Part shown: positions 38,556 to 50,000 of the stretch, one piece after another
Layout: each line of letters starts with the position of its first letter
Position numbering within the stretch: position 1 is the first letter of the stretch
Program-made: the position numbers and the translations under genes
NCBI GenBank assembly: GCA_029856045.1
Contig: JAHQWG010000035.1
Span: 1-64,000 of the forward strand
Source: Promethearchaeia archaeon
GTDB taxonomy: Archaea > Asgardarchaeota > Lokiarchaeia > Sigyniarchaeales > SOKP01
Length of the DNA: 64,000 nt
Direction: 5' to 3'
Notes under the pieces: generated by a model
The model's database searches: none
What the model saw: the letters and a program-made list of their open reading frames with translations, nothing else
What the model was told of the DNA's origin: nothing

Positions 38556-40010
38556 TTATTTGATGTAAGGAAGTACCATTTCCTTTAGAATATAGACACA
38601 TCTCTTTCCAACATCGGTTTTTGCATGACAACAATTTGAAACATTAATTAGATCAAACTCTTTCGGCGCTTTATTTTCTGAAATATCATTTAAAAAGTCT
38701 AAAAATTTTATGAATCTTCGCTTCTCTTCTATATAAAGAAAGTTTTCTTTTAGAAGATAATTAGGGTTTTTCTTTTTAAATTGTTTCGCATGTAATTTTT
38801 CCTTAACTGGTGGACCACGCCTAAGAAATTTCTCTGAAATTTTTGGTTTTTCACAAAAAAATGAGATTGCATAAAGATTTTTATCAGTTTCAAAATAAAC
38901 TTCAAAAGTAATTTTTCCAAATCTAGGGTCTTTAGATTTTTCTATTTCGCCACTAATTTTTACCTTTTCTCCAAAAGAATATAATTTATCTCTTAATTCT
39001 GTATAATGAACTTCTAGATTTTCATTTTTGAATTCAATTAAAAAAAGATGGTCAAATATCGCTTCTTTCTTTACCAAATTAAAATCAACAATTGGTAAGG
39101 ATTTAAATTGAAAATATGAAATGTCAGGATCTTTTAAAAATTGCTTAACTTTATCTTTACAATAATAATATGCTTTTTTTGATATTGCAGCTGCTACATT
39201 TCTGTTTTTGTCTGTGGGATCAATTATTATTAGAAAATCATTAATAAATCGAGGCTTTTTTTTTAATTGTTGGGTATTTCTGCCAAAAAAATCGATAGGC
39301 TGATTTTCCAATTCATCAAAATGCTGAAATAAATTTAATAAATTTCTGAAATGATAAATTAATAATTCTGAACTGTATCCTATGAACCCTATCCTTCCAA
39401 CAGGACTTTTATCTCCATAGGAATAACAGCATTTAAAAAATTGTTTTAATAATCTTACTTCATTCTTTTGTTCCTTAGTTAAATTATCTCTAACAAATCG
39501 AGTATGCCAAGGAGTTCTATCAACAGCCGTTATTGGACCATTTTCCAATAAGTATTCCTTAGATAAAGCAAAGCAAAGAACAATATCAATTTCAGTTATT
39601 CCTTCTGAATCAATATATTCCGCAGAGACATAGGGATGTTCTGCATAAAGTAATATAATATTCTTAAAATCGTGCTTTTCTATAGCTTTAATTATCCAAG
39701 TTTCACAGAGTTCTCTAAATTTACTTTTCAATTTTTGTTTTAATTTAGTTTTACTTATTTTTTCTTCCATAAACGATTTAAAATCCATTCCAATAAACAA
39801 ATCAATATCAGATGTGTTTCTCAATTGAGTTTGTTTAATTCCTGTTGAACCTTGAGGCTCAATAAATTTAAAGGTAATTCCCAATTCTTTTGCCTTTTGT
39901 GTTAGTAATTTGGTCAAAAAATCAATAATTTCTTTATGTTTTTCTATTTCTTGCTTTGTAGGAAGAATTTCATTGAGAGCAGCTTTAAATATGTCATCAA
40001 ATTGAGTCAT
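38556..40010 (-). CDS. cca: CCA-adding enzyme, class I
   Basis: GS...DIDLF, YAEHPYV, DIV, AVDRTPWH, EVRLLKQF, DPTDKNRNVAAA. Confidence 0.93.
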   Translation of the reverse strand: MTQFDDIFKAALNEILPTKQEIEKHKEIIDFLTKLLTQKAKELGITFKFIEPQGSTGIKQTQLRNTSDIDLFIGMDFKSFMEEKISKTKLKQKLKSKFRELCETWIIKAIEKHDFKNIILLYAEHPYVSAEYIDSEGITEIDIVLCFALSKEYLLENGPITAVDRTPWHTRFVRDNLTKEQKNEVRLLKQFFKCCYSYGDKSPVGRIGFIGYSSELLIYHFRNLLNLFQHFDELENQPIDFFGRNTQQLKKKPRFINDFLIIIDPTDKNRNVAAAISKKAYYYCKDKVKQFLKDPDISYFQFKSLPIVDFNLVKKEAIFDHLFLIEFKNENLEVHYTELRDKLYSFGEKVKISGEIEKSKDPRFGKITFEVYFETDKNLYAISFFCEKPKISEKFLRRGPPVKEKLHAKQFKKKNPNYLLKENFLYIEEKRRFIKFLDFLNDISENKAPKEFDLINVSNCCHAKTDVGKRCVYILKEMVLPYIK

Positions 40011-40035
40011 GTGATCCGCCTTTTAGAACTAATTC

Positions 40036-41850
40036 CTACATGCCCCACCAAGGGTTTTTTTCTTTTCGCATTAAGACAATATATTCTCGTAAAATATCTT
40101 TTTGTTCTGAGGTTAATTCTTCCAGAAATTTACCTATTAATTGTCTTACATGAGATTCAGGAACATTTATATAAAGAATCTCATCTTTTTCAAGATCTCT
40201 ACCAATTTCAACACCTTTCATTGAAACTGCTACCTCCATATCTTTAGTTGCTTTTTGAATATTTTGTCCTTTATCTTGAACTTTATTTATACGCCCTATG
40301 TATTTCCCATTATTTTTGATTATAGGAATTTTGGAAACCAAATCACCACCAATTACCCTAACTCCAAAAACAGCAGGATTCGAGTTTCTAAAGATAAATT
40401 CAGGCATCATTTGAAGCTTTCCCGGTAAGATTAATTCACCTAATTCTTTTGCAGTATCTTCTGCTTTTCGAGTTTCCTTATATTCAATATAATCCTCTGT
40501 CAATCTATAAATGACATCATTAGTAAAAATTCTTACATTTTCATTGTATGCCATCTCTTTTGCTTCATCTAAGATATTTACATTAAAGCCAAGAACAACG
40601 GACGAATATAAATCAAAATCTCTCACTACAACTGCACTCAATATATCGGCTTTTTTTATCGGACCTACATCAGCCCGACTAATATCAATACCATTTTCGG
40701 ATAAATGTTTCCCTAATGCCTCTAAAGACCCTAATGTATCCGCTTTTAGGACGATCCCTGCCTTATCTGTATGAATTCTTATACTATTAACTTCATCTTC
40801 AACTTTTTTATAAATTTCTTCTTCTTTCGAATCATCTTCAATTACATAAAGTGGAGCTCCTGCAATAGAATCTTCTAAATCTGATGCTAGGATTTTTATT
40901 CCAGCAGATGCGTGAACTTCATTAACTGAATCAAATTTTTGACGAGGATCCCTAATCTCATCAAGTGGTTTTGGCTGAAAAAGGGCTCGTATTTTTGTAA
41001 CTATTGGTTTATCTAATCCTCCAACAACCATTTTTTGCCCTTTTTTAATAATTCCATCATATATTAAAGTATCAATTGTATATCCGTATCCAGCTTCCTT
41101 TTTAACCTCTAATACTACACCTTTTGCTGGACCTTCAGAATAAAGCAATTTATCTTTTAAAAATTGTTGTGCTAATCCTAATAAAACGATAAGCATTGAA
41201 GATATACCTTCCCCAGTGATCGCACTAGTTGGCACAATAGCTAAGCTTTCAGTAAAATCTTTTATTTTGTCATATCTATCACACCCAGGAAATCCCTCTT
41301 CTAAAAAATCTCCAATAATCTTATATAATCTCTCATTAAAATCTTTTTTAACAAATTCAGTTTGCTTATTATAGGTTTCAACAAAGTCAGCATTTTTATT
41401 TGGTTTCCAACCTGGAATTCTGTCTATTTTATTTGCTGCGATAATGAAGGGGACTTTTCTTTCCCGAAGTATATTTACAGATTCCCAAGTAATAGGCATT
41501 GGCCCATCCATTATATCAATTACTAAAATTGCAATATCTGCAACAGCTCCTCCCCTTTTTCTCAAGTTCATAAATGCTGCGTGCCCTGGAGTATCCACTA
41601 TTAAAATTCCTGGAAGAAAAATATCTAAATCTGCAAATTTTTGGCCGCAAAAATTTTTAATCGCTTCTACTGGAAAATAACTAGCTCCGATATGTTGAGT
41701 TATCCCAGCAGCCTCCCTTTTCTGTACAACCGTTCCTCTCACATAATCTAATAAGCTTGTCTTTCCATGGTCAATGTGGCCGAGTATTGAAGCTATCAAT
41801 TCTCTAGGTTTTTTATCTTTATTGATAGATTGCGTCATTAAAAATCCCAC
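40036..41850 (-). CDS. infB: Translation initiation factor aIF5B (IF-2)
   Basis: GHIDHGKT, GITQHIGA, DTPGH, NKID, DTLGSLEA, C-terminal WWGM. Confidence 0.96.
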   Translation of the reverse strand: MGFLMTQSINKDKKPRELIASILGHIDHGKTSLLDYVRGTVVQKREAAGITQHIGASYFPVEAIKNFCGQKFADLDIFLPGILIVDTPGHAAFMNLRKRGGAVADIAILVIDIMDGPMPITWESVNILRERKVPFIIAANKIDRIPGWKPNKNADFVETYNKQTEFVKKDFNERLYKIIGDFLEEGFPGCDRYDKIKDFTESLAIVPTSAITGEGISSMLIVLLGLAQQFLKDKLLYSEGPAKGVVLEVKKEAGYGYTIDTLIYDGIIKKGQKMVVGGLDKPIVTKIRALFQPKPLDEIRDPRQKFDSVNEVHASAGIKILASDLEDSIAGAPLYVIEDDSKEEEIYKKVEDEVNSIRIHTDKAGIVLKADTLGSLEALGKHLSENGIDISRADVGPIKKADILSAVVVRDFDLYSSVVLGFNVNILDEAKEMAYNENVRIFTNDVIYRLTEDYIEYKETRKAEDTAKELGELILPGKLQMMPEFIFRNSNPAVFGVRVIGGDLVSKIPIIKNNGKYIGRINKVQDKGQNIQKATKDMEVAVSMKGVEIGRDLEKDEILYINVPESHVRQLIGKFLEELTSEQKDILREYIVLMRKEKNPWWGM

Positions 41851-41952
41851 TTTAAATCTATTAAACTTCTTAATTTATAATATTAAAAATAATCTTATAT
41901 TAATTATCATTACGATAAAGTTATAAAAAACTAAAAAGAATTAGAAAACTCA

Positions 41953-44850
41953 TTATTGCAAATATTTCTTTAAAAATTTTCCCGTATATGAATGGACATT
42001 TTGAATGATTTCCTCAGGTGTGCCTTGAACGACTATTTCCCCTCCTTTTTCTCCTCCTTCTGGCCCTAAATCAATAATATAGTCCGTTGATTTAATGATT
42101 TCCATATTATGTTCAATAATTATAACAGTATTTCCTTTATCAGTTAATTTTTGAAGCACATTTATTAATTTTTTAACATCATCAAAGTGTAATCCAGTTG
42201 TTGGTTCATCAAGCAGATATAATGTGTTTCCTGTACTAACCTTTCTTAGTTCTCTTGCAATTTTTAATCGCTGTGCTTCACCTCCACTTAGAGTTGTAGA
42301 GGATTGTCCTAATTCAAGATAACCTAAACCCACATCTATAATTGTTTTGATTGTTCTTTTTAGATTAGGGATATTTTTAAAGACTCTGTAAGCCTTAATG
42401 AATGACATCTTTAAGACGTCTGCAATGGAATATCCTTTAAATTTTATATCTAAAGTTTCTTCATTAAATCTTTTCCCTTTACACACATCACATCTTATAT
42501 ATACATCGGGAAGAAATAACATCTCTTTGAGAATATAACCAGTGCCTTGACATTTTCCACAACGACCTCCTTTAACATTAAAAGAGAAACGTCCTTTTAG
42601 GTATCCTCTTTCTTTTGCTTCTGGTAAATTAGCGTATATTTCTCTAATATAATCTAATGCTTTTGTGTAAGTTGCTGGAATTGAACGTGGAGTTCTCCCT
42701 ATAGGACTTTGATCAATATTAATGATTTTATCAATGTTTTGAAATCCAAAAATATCATCAAAATCTCCAACTTTATAAAATCTCTCTTCGGAACCCATTA
42801 TTTTTTTGAGACCTTTATAAAGGCAATCTACAAAAAGACTCGTTTTTCCGGCTCCTGAAACACCAGTAACACAAACAAAAACTCCTAAGGGTATTTTTAC
42901 ATCAATGTTTTTTAAATTATTCTCTCGAGCACCTTTTATTCTTAAAAATTTATTATTTAATTCCCTTCTTGAAACGGGAAGTGGAATTGTTAATTGACCA
43001 TTTAGATATTTTCCCGTAATTGATTTTTCATTGGAAATTATTGCTTGCAATGGTCCCGCTGCAACTAAATAGCCCCCATTTTCTCCTGCAAATGGTCCTA
43101 AGTCGATTATATGATCCGCATTCCTTATAATACTCTCATCATGTTCAACAACTATGACGGTATTCCCTAAATCTCTTAATTTCTTTAGCATATTTATTAA
43201 TTTTTTAATGTCTCGAGTATGAAGTCCTATAGTTGGTTCATCAAGCACATAAGTAACGCCAACAAGATTAGAACCCAATTGTGTTGCTAGTCTTATTCTT
43301 TCGCTTTCTCCAACTGATAACGTCTGAGCTTTTCTATTTAATGAAATATAATCCAATCCTACATTAATTAAAAAAAATAATCGATCCTTGATTTCTTTTA
43401 AAATGTCTTTAGTGATTTTTTTTTCAGATTCTGTTAATTTTAAATTATTGAAAAATTTTAATGAGTCTTTAACTGCCAAATCACAAATTTCAGCAATGTT
43501 TTTTCCCCCTATTAATACCGATAGACTAAAAGGATTTAACCGTTGTCCTTTGCATTTTGGACATATCACTTCGATCATAAAGTGACTATAAGAAATTCGT
43601 TGCTCCTTAGAAGTTGTTTCGACATATCTCCGATAAAATAATGGAATTAATCCTTCAAAAGCTCTTTTAAATCTCCATTGATAACTTGCATTATTATTTT
43701 TCTCTCTTTTATTAAATTTACTCTCATATTCTTCTTTTCTTAAATCAAATTGTATTTCATCATATCCTGTACCATATAGTATTTTTTCTAACAATTCAGG
43801 ATCAAGATCTTTAATCGGAGTTTTCGTATCAGCTCTATAATGTTTTAAAACTTGCTTTAAGATTTGCCAAGAATAACCATTTGTACTCTTAAATCCTGAA
43901 ATTTTTCTGATATTGCTTTCTTCCAATGTTTTTGTTAAATCTTTTCCAATAATTAAACTTGGAAGGAATTGTAAAGCACTTCCTAGTCCATTACACTTCT
44001 GGCAAGAGCCATGAGGTGTATTAAAGGAAAACATACGCGGCTTTAAATCGGAAAAGGATAATCCACATTCAATACAAGCATAATGTTCAGAAAATGTTTG
44101 TTCTGTGCTACTATCCTCGTCTAAGGTTTCTATTTTAACTATTCCTTCTCCAAGTTTTAGTGAAGTCTCAACTGAATCCGATAATCTTTTTCTAATACCA
44201 TCCGAAATTACTAACCTATCAACAATTACATCTATATTATGTTTTTTATATTTATCAAGGACGATTTCTTCAGAAAGTGAATATTGAATACCATCAATTT
44301 CAACCCTTGCATAACCCTGCCGCTTTAATTTTTCTAGTAAATCTTGGTATAACCCTTTTCTTGCTCTTACAACCGGAGATTTAATAATAATTTTTGAGCC
44401 CTTTTTATGTTGCTTAATTATTTGGGACACTATCTCAGTAGCAGTTTGAGGTGATATTTTTCTTCCACAATTTGGACAATGAGCAATACCGATATTTGCA
44501 TAAAGAACTCTTAAATAATCATAAATTTCAGTAACTGTTCCCACCGTACTTCTTGGATTTCTCGATATCATTTTTTGTTCAATTGCGATAGAAGGGCTGA
44601 GCCCTTCAATAGAATCTACATCTGGCTTTTCCAATTCACCCAAAAATTGTCTCGCATAACTTGATAATGATTCTAAGAACCGTCGTTGGCCTTCAGCAAA
44701 AATTGTATCCATTGCTAAACTTGATTTTCCACTCCCTGACACTCCTGTAATTACAATTAACTTATTATGGGGTATCTTTACATCTATATTTTTAAGATTG
44801 TTCTGACGAGCTCCTTTTACATAAATCATAGTATTACCCATCCTAATCAC
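41953..44850 (-). CDS. uvrA: Excinuclease ABC subunit A
   Basis: GARQNNLKN, GVSGSGKSS, two ABC modules, LSGGEAQR, DEPTTGLH. Confidence 0.98.
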   Translation of the reverse strand: MIRMGNTMIYVKGARQNNLKNIDVKIPHNKLIVITGVSGSGKSSLAMDTIFAEGQRRFLESLSSYARQFLGELEKPDVDSIEGLSPSIAIEQKMISRNPRSTVGTVTEIYDYLRVLYANIGIAHCPNCGRKISPQTATEIVSQIIKQHKKGSKIIIKSPVVRARKGLYQDLLEKLKRQGYARVEIDGIQYSLSEEIVLDKYKKHNIDVIVDRLVISDGIRKRLSDSVETSLKLGEGIVKIETLDEDSSTEQTFSEHYACIECGLSFSDLKPRMFSFNTPHGSCQKCNGLGSALQFLPSLIIGKDLTKTLEESNIRKISGFKSTNGYSWQILKQVLKHYRADTKTPIKDLDPELLEKILYGTGYDEIQFDLRKEEYESKFNKREKNNNASYQWRFKRAFEGLIPLFYRRYVETTSKEQRISYSHFMIEVICPKCKGQRLNPFSLSVLIGGKNIAEICDLAVKDSLKFFNNLKLTESEKKITKDILKEIKDRLFFLINVGLDYISLNRKAQTLSVGESERIRLATQLGSNLVGVTYVLDEPTIGLHTRDIKKLINMLKKLRDLGNTVIVVEHDESIIRNADHIIDLGPFAGENGGYLVAAGPLQAIISNEKSITGKYLNGQLTIPLPVSRRELNNKFLRIKGARENNLKNIDVKIPLGVFVCVTGVSGAGKTSLFVDCLYKGLKKIMGSEERFYKVGDFDDIFGFQNIDKIINIDQSPIGRTPRSIPATYTKALDYIREIYANLPEAKERGYLKGRFSFNVKGGRCGKCQGTGYILKEMLFLPDVYIRCDVCKGKRFNEETLDIKFKGYSIADVLKMSFIKAYRVFKNIPNLKRTIKTIIDVGLGYLELGQSSTTLSGGEAQRLKIARELRKVSTGNTLYLLDEPTTGLHFDDVKKLINVLQKLTDKGNTVIIIEHNMEIIKSTDYIIDLGPEGGEKGGEIVVQGTPEEIIQNVHSYTGKFLKKYLQ

Positions 44851-44853
44851 CTT

Positions 44854-46842
44854 TTATTTGATATTATTTTTAAGTTTTAGGTCTTTGATCTGGTCTCTTA
44901 AGTATGCTGCATCTTCAAACCTTAAATCTTGAGCTGCACGATACATCTCACTTTCAAGATATCTTAATAAATCCTTTGTATTTATAGACGCTTCAATTTT
45001 TTCTACAATTTTAAATTTTAATTTTTTAGTTTCTTTTTCTTTCAATTCTTGTTCTTCAGCCAGAGATTCCAAAATTTTCTTATGAATTGTTTTTGGAGTA
45101 ATATTATTTTTTTTATTAAACTCAATTTGTTTTTTTCGTCTACGAGTAGTCTCGTCTACAGCAGCTTTTATTGATCGTGTTATTTTATCAGCGTATAAAA
45201 TAGCCCTTCCATTTATATTTCTAGAAGCTCTTCCAATTGTTTGGATCAAAGAACGAGTGTTTCTAAGAAATCCTTCCTTATCTGCATCAAGGATTGCCAC
45301 GAGAGATACTTCTGGTAAATCTAACCCCTCTCTTAACAAATTTATACCAACTATAACATCAAAAACACCCTCTCTTAAGTTGCGGAGTATTTCAAACCTT
45401 TCTACGGTGTCTATCTCTGAATGCAGGTAAGTTATTTTAAGACCCAATTCATTATAATAATCTGCAATATCTTCTGACATTCTTTTCGTTAGAGTTGTAA
45501 TTAAAACACGTTCATTATTTTTAATTACTTTTCTAATTTCTCCTAAAAGATCATCAATTTGGTTTTTAGTTGGTCTTACTTCAAGGATGGGATCCACAAG
45601 ACCTGTAGGTCTTATGATTTGTTCAGCTACTTTACCATTTGATTTCTCTATTTCATAATCCATTGGAGTGGCACTCATAAAAATGACTTCATTGATCTTT
45701 AGTTCCCATTCTTCAAATTTTAAAGGCCTATTGTCATAAGCGCTTGGGAGTCTGTAGCCAAAGTCAATTAGGTTATTCTTCCGGGATATGTCTCCTCTAA
45801 TCATTCCATGTAGCTGAGGAACGGTTATATGAGATTCGTCTACAATCATCAAAAATTTTTTAGGGAAATAATCAATAATCGTCCTTGGAGGGACCCCAGG
45901 TTCTCTATTGTCCAAATATCTTGAATAATTTTCAATAGCTTTACAAAATCCCATTTCTCGTAACATTTCAAGGTCAAATTTTGTCCGGGATTCAATTCTT
46001 TGTGCTTCAGCATATTTTTTTCCTTTTTTAAAATATGCAACCCTTTCTTGCATCTCTTTTTCAATTTTATCGATTGCAGTGATTTTATTTTCCTCCGGAA
46101 TTATAAATTCACTGGCTGGGAATATTCTACAATTAGGTAAGTTATTTATTGTGTTGATAGAGACAGGGTGAATTTCTTCAATTGATTCAATCTCATCACC
46201 GAATAGAGATATTCTTAGAGCTGTTTCTAAATAAGCAGGGTATATGTCAATAATATCACCCTTGGTTCTAACAGTAGCTCTTTTAAATTCCATGTCCTTA
46301 CGTTCATATCCCATTTCAATGAGCTTTCTGAGAATATTGCTCCTTTTGACTTTCTCTCCCACTTCCAGAACAATAGAAGCATCTTCCCAGTCCTCCGGTC
46401 GTCCCATTCCATAAATACAAGAAACCGTGGCGACAACTATTACATCAGTCCTTGTTCTAAGTGCATGAGCTGTTGCTAATCGATGTCTTTGGATTTCTTC
46501 ATTAACGCTAAAATCCTTTTCTATATATAACCCACTAACTGGAACGTAAGCCTCAGGCTGGTAATAATCATAATATGACACGAAATAACGTACTGCATTA
46601 TTAGGGAATAAATCTTTTAACTCATTGTATAATTGTGCGGCCAATGTTTTATTCGGAGCCATTACAAGTGTTGGTAATTGAATTTCTTGTATAACGTTAG
46701 CTACTGTGAAACTCTTGCCAGTACCCGTAGCACCTAAAAGGGTTTGAAAATGATTTCCTCTTTTGATTCCATCAACTAAAGCATTAATTGCAGTAGGCTG
46801 GTCTCCAGTGGGTGAATATTCACTTTTTAATTCAAATTTCAA
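44854..46842 (-). CDS. uvrB: Excinuclease ABC subunit B
   Basis: PTGDQP, GATGTGKS, YYDYYQPEAY, DESH, GINLLREGLD, C-terminal UVR domain. Confidence 0.98.
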   Translation of the reverse strand: MKFELKSEYSPTGDQPTAINALVDGIKRGNHFQTLLGATGTGKSFTVANVIQEIQLPTLVMAPNKTLAAQLYNELKDLFPNNAVRYFVSYYDYYQPEAYVPVSGLYIEKDFSVNEEIQRHRLATAHALRTRTDVIVVATVSCIYGMGRPEDWEDASIVLEVGEKVKRSNILRKLIEMGYERKDMEFKRATVRTKGDIIDIYPAYLETALRISLFGDEIESIEEIHPVSINTINNLPNCRIFPASEFIIPEENKITAIDKIEKEMQERVAYFKKGKKYAEAQRIESRTKFDLEMLREMGFCKAIENYSRYLDNREPGVPPRTIIDYFPKKFLMIVDESHITVPQLHGMIRGDISRKNNLIDFGYRLPSAYDNRPLKFEEWELKINEVIFMSATPMDYEIEKSNGKVAEQIIRPTGLVDPILEVRPTKNQIDDLLGEIRKVIKNNERVLITTLTKRMSEDIADYYNELGLKITYLHSEIDTVERFEILRNLREGVFDVIVGINLLREGLDLPEVSLVAILDADKEGFLRNTRSLIQTIGRASRNINGRAILYADKITRSIKAAVDETTRRRKKQIEFNKKNNITPKTIHKKILESLAEEQELKEKETKKLKFKIVEKIEASINTKDLLRYLESEMYRAAQDLRFEDAAYLRDQIKDLKLKNNIK

Positions 46843-47009
46843 GATATCAGACTCACAGATTGCTACTTCTATTTATGAAAAAAACATTATTAATAATTAA
46901 TAAGCAGTGATTTATCGTAAAAATTAATAATTCTTAATTTCTTAAGATTTTTACTGTTATAAATATAAAGGAATAAATGGTAAAAATAAAAATAAAAGTT
47001 TTGAAGATA

Positions 47010-50000
47010 TTAAGCCACAACTGTAATTACGCGAATATCTTCTGCTCCTTCTTCAGTTCTAATTAATATCTCAAGAGTATCATCTATATTAATTGTTCCA
47101 ATTAATAATCCGAGATCTGTTAATGTTATTGTTAATGATATTTCCTCACCTGTTTCGATAGTTAGATCAACACTATCAACAATTGTGATTGTACTCCATG
47201 GAATATATGTATTATTTACATACACTGCATCAACTGTTAGATTATCATCGCCTATGTTTTTAAGATTGAGTGTTAATAGATCTTGACTATCATCTGCTGA
47301 GGATATATCTAAGATATCAATGCTGTATTTCTCCGGATTCGATGCAGGGTTAACTTCAGCTGTAAATGATCGTTTTATTGACATTCCAGATTTAGTAGTT
47401 ATATTTATTTCTACAATATTTGATTGATTTATATTGTATTGAGTTGAATTGAAAGAGAATATTGCTATCTCTTGGAGATCCAACGTTTTAATGTTATGGT
47501 TAAAAATCACATCATCAATAGAGATGCTTTCTGTCCCATTTATTATCACACTATCAAGTTCAATAAGAATATTTCCTGTATTTTTAAGTGCAACCTCTAT
47601 TGTCTCATTAGCCCATACATGTGTTATGTTAAGTTCAGATTCAGAGATAAATCTAAAATTTGCAGAATTTCTAATTGGATACAAGTTTCCTACATCCGTA
47701 GCTGCAATATATCCATCCAAGCCAGATGCTGCGACAATTACTTCAATTTCTTCATTATTCTCAATATCCGGATAATCAATTATTAGATCTTTGATCTCAT
47801 CTTCGGAGAGAAGATAATCATCGTCAACTGAATCATATTTTTCAGGATGACCATTTATATAAACAAAATTAGTTAGTCCAATTAATTTATTTCCAGTATT
47901 TTTTACCTTAATGAAAATTGAGCCATTATCATATGCACAGGCACTATTTATATCTATAGGAATTTGAGTTCTATTTTTACTAGATAATATTTTTGATTCA
48001 TCAGAAAGCACGCGGTCTTCAGGGATTATTGAGATTTTATATTCTTTTTTATTATAAGTAAAAATTGTTTCATCAAATATTCCTTCAGATGCAACAACTC
48101 TTATTGTATCACTTAATTGATCCATTGCATCTCCTAATGTAGATTTATTAACTGGAGATTCAGGAATATAAATCGTTGTTTTTGATCCTGATTCCAGTAA
48201 GGAATTACTTAATTGATAGGTGCTTTGGTTGAATTCAATTCCATTTATATAGGTTGTGTTTAAATTAATATTTCCTTCGCCTGTATTTTCAACTTCTAAA
48301 TAAAAACTTGTATTTAAATTATCTTCATTAATTATTGCAATACTATTTTCTCTATTGATTTTTATTCCATAATTAGGAGCTGGGTCAACCAAAATATTAG
48401 TAGAACTTGCTTCAAAAGTATATTTTGTATCTTCTAAAGCCTCAGCTTCTATACTAACTGAAATATTAACTACATCATTTAATTCAAAGCCTGCATTTTG
48501 GGCATCTATCCAAACGAGTTTTTCCTCTCCTGGTTCAACTTGATAGTCGTTATCTTCAATAGTAAAATCATAAGAATCTTCTTTTATGAAAACATTATCT
48601 AAGGTTACCTCTTTAATTCCTGTATTTATTAATTTAAAATTAGCAAAGCCATTATCATAAACCTTCGGATCGCTAACTTCTACTGAGGAATCTAATGCAG
48701 TATAATCAACTCGAAATAATTTGACTAATCCTTGTGTAGAAAAGAATATAGGCTTAAACACTTTGAAATCATAATAACCATGGTAAGGAATAAATTCAGA
48801 CCATAATCTGCCATCGTCAAGTTTACTAGGTTGGATATTTTGAGAAGAATCACCTGCAACTTTTTGGGCATAATAATATTCAAATTGTGTTGTGACTTCC
48901 TCTAATACAGTTGGTAATCCAGAAAACATTAATCTAACTAATTGACTTTGAAACCATTTTTCTTTATATGCACCCGTAGTTGGATTTTGATATTCAGATT
49001 CATCAAATACACCATTTTCTTTCCAATTATAAGCTTCCCATCCAAATCTTTTATACGTCTGATAATTATCATTACAAATTCTGAGCATCCAAGGCCATTT
49101 TCCCTCATCTCCTCCAAGTTGGGTAAACATCGTAAAATATACGAGAACATAATCAGCTTGCAAGTTACGCAGTATTTTAGCACTCTCTAATTCATCTGTT
49201 TGCATAAATGCCATACCTGTGGCACCTATTCGTGTTTGGTTTATTGTTCCGTTATCATTAATCGTTGTAGCATTACCAATAGGAGTTATCCAATAACCAT
49301 AATCCCACCAGCTTACTACTACAGTCCCGGGAGGTAAATTAGTCCTGATCCAAGTCATACTTTCTTCCCAATCATGAAGAGTACCCCCTGGAGTAATTTG
49401 TGAGTAAGATAAAGAATTAATCGAAATATCTGCTGCGTGAGAGACTTGAGCAAACATTAGAAATCCGATTATGGCATAAATTCCAAAAGATTCCCAACTC
49501 CCAATGGTCGTTTTTACTTGTCTTTTCCTACGTCTGGTTATCATACTCTTTTCTTTACCAATAAAACTCCCGAACAATTTTAAAATACTCGATAACCCGT
49601 AAGAGCCAATTAAAACTACTGCAGGAGCAAATAATAAAATAATTCGAATCATACTACCTGTAAAATAGAATAAAGTGAGAACATAGATTATAATTAAAAA
49701 ATCCTCTTCATTTCCTCTTTTAATACAGAAATAAATCCCTACAGGTACTAATAAACTCGGAATTAATGTATTATAATAAAATACACTCCATGGGCTTGGC
49801 ATATGCTCAGCAACCGAAGCAACTAACTGCAAATCTTGCCTTAACAAAGGAGAAAATACACTTGTAAATCGTGCATCAAATCCAAATGGAATTATATTAG
49901 GAAATAACCATAGAACTATTGCCCCAATTAAAATTACAGGGATTATTGCCCAACGCAAGAAAGTTAATACAGCGTCATAAAATTTTGGATTTATTGTTTT

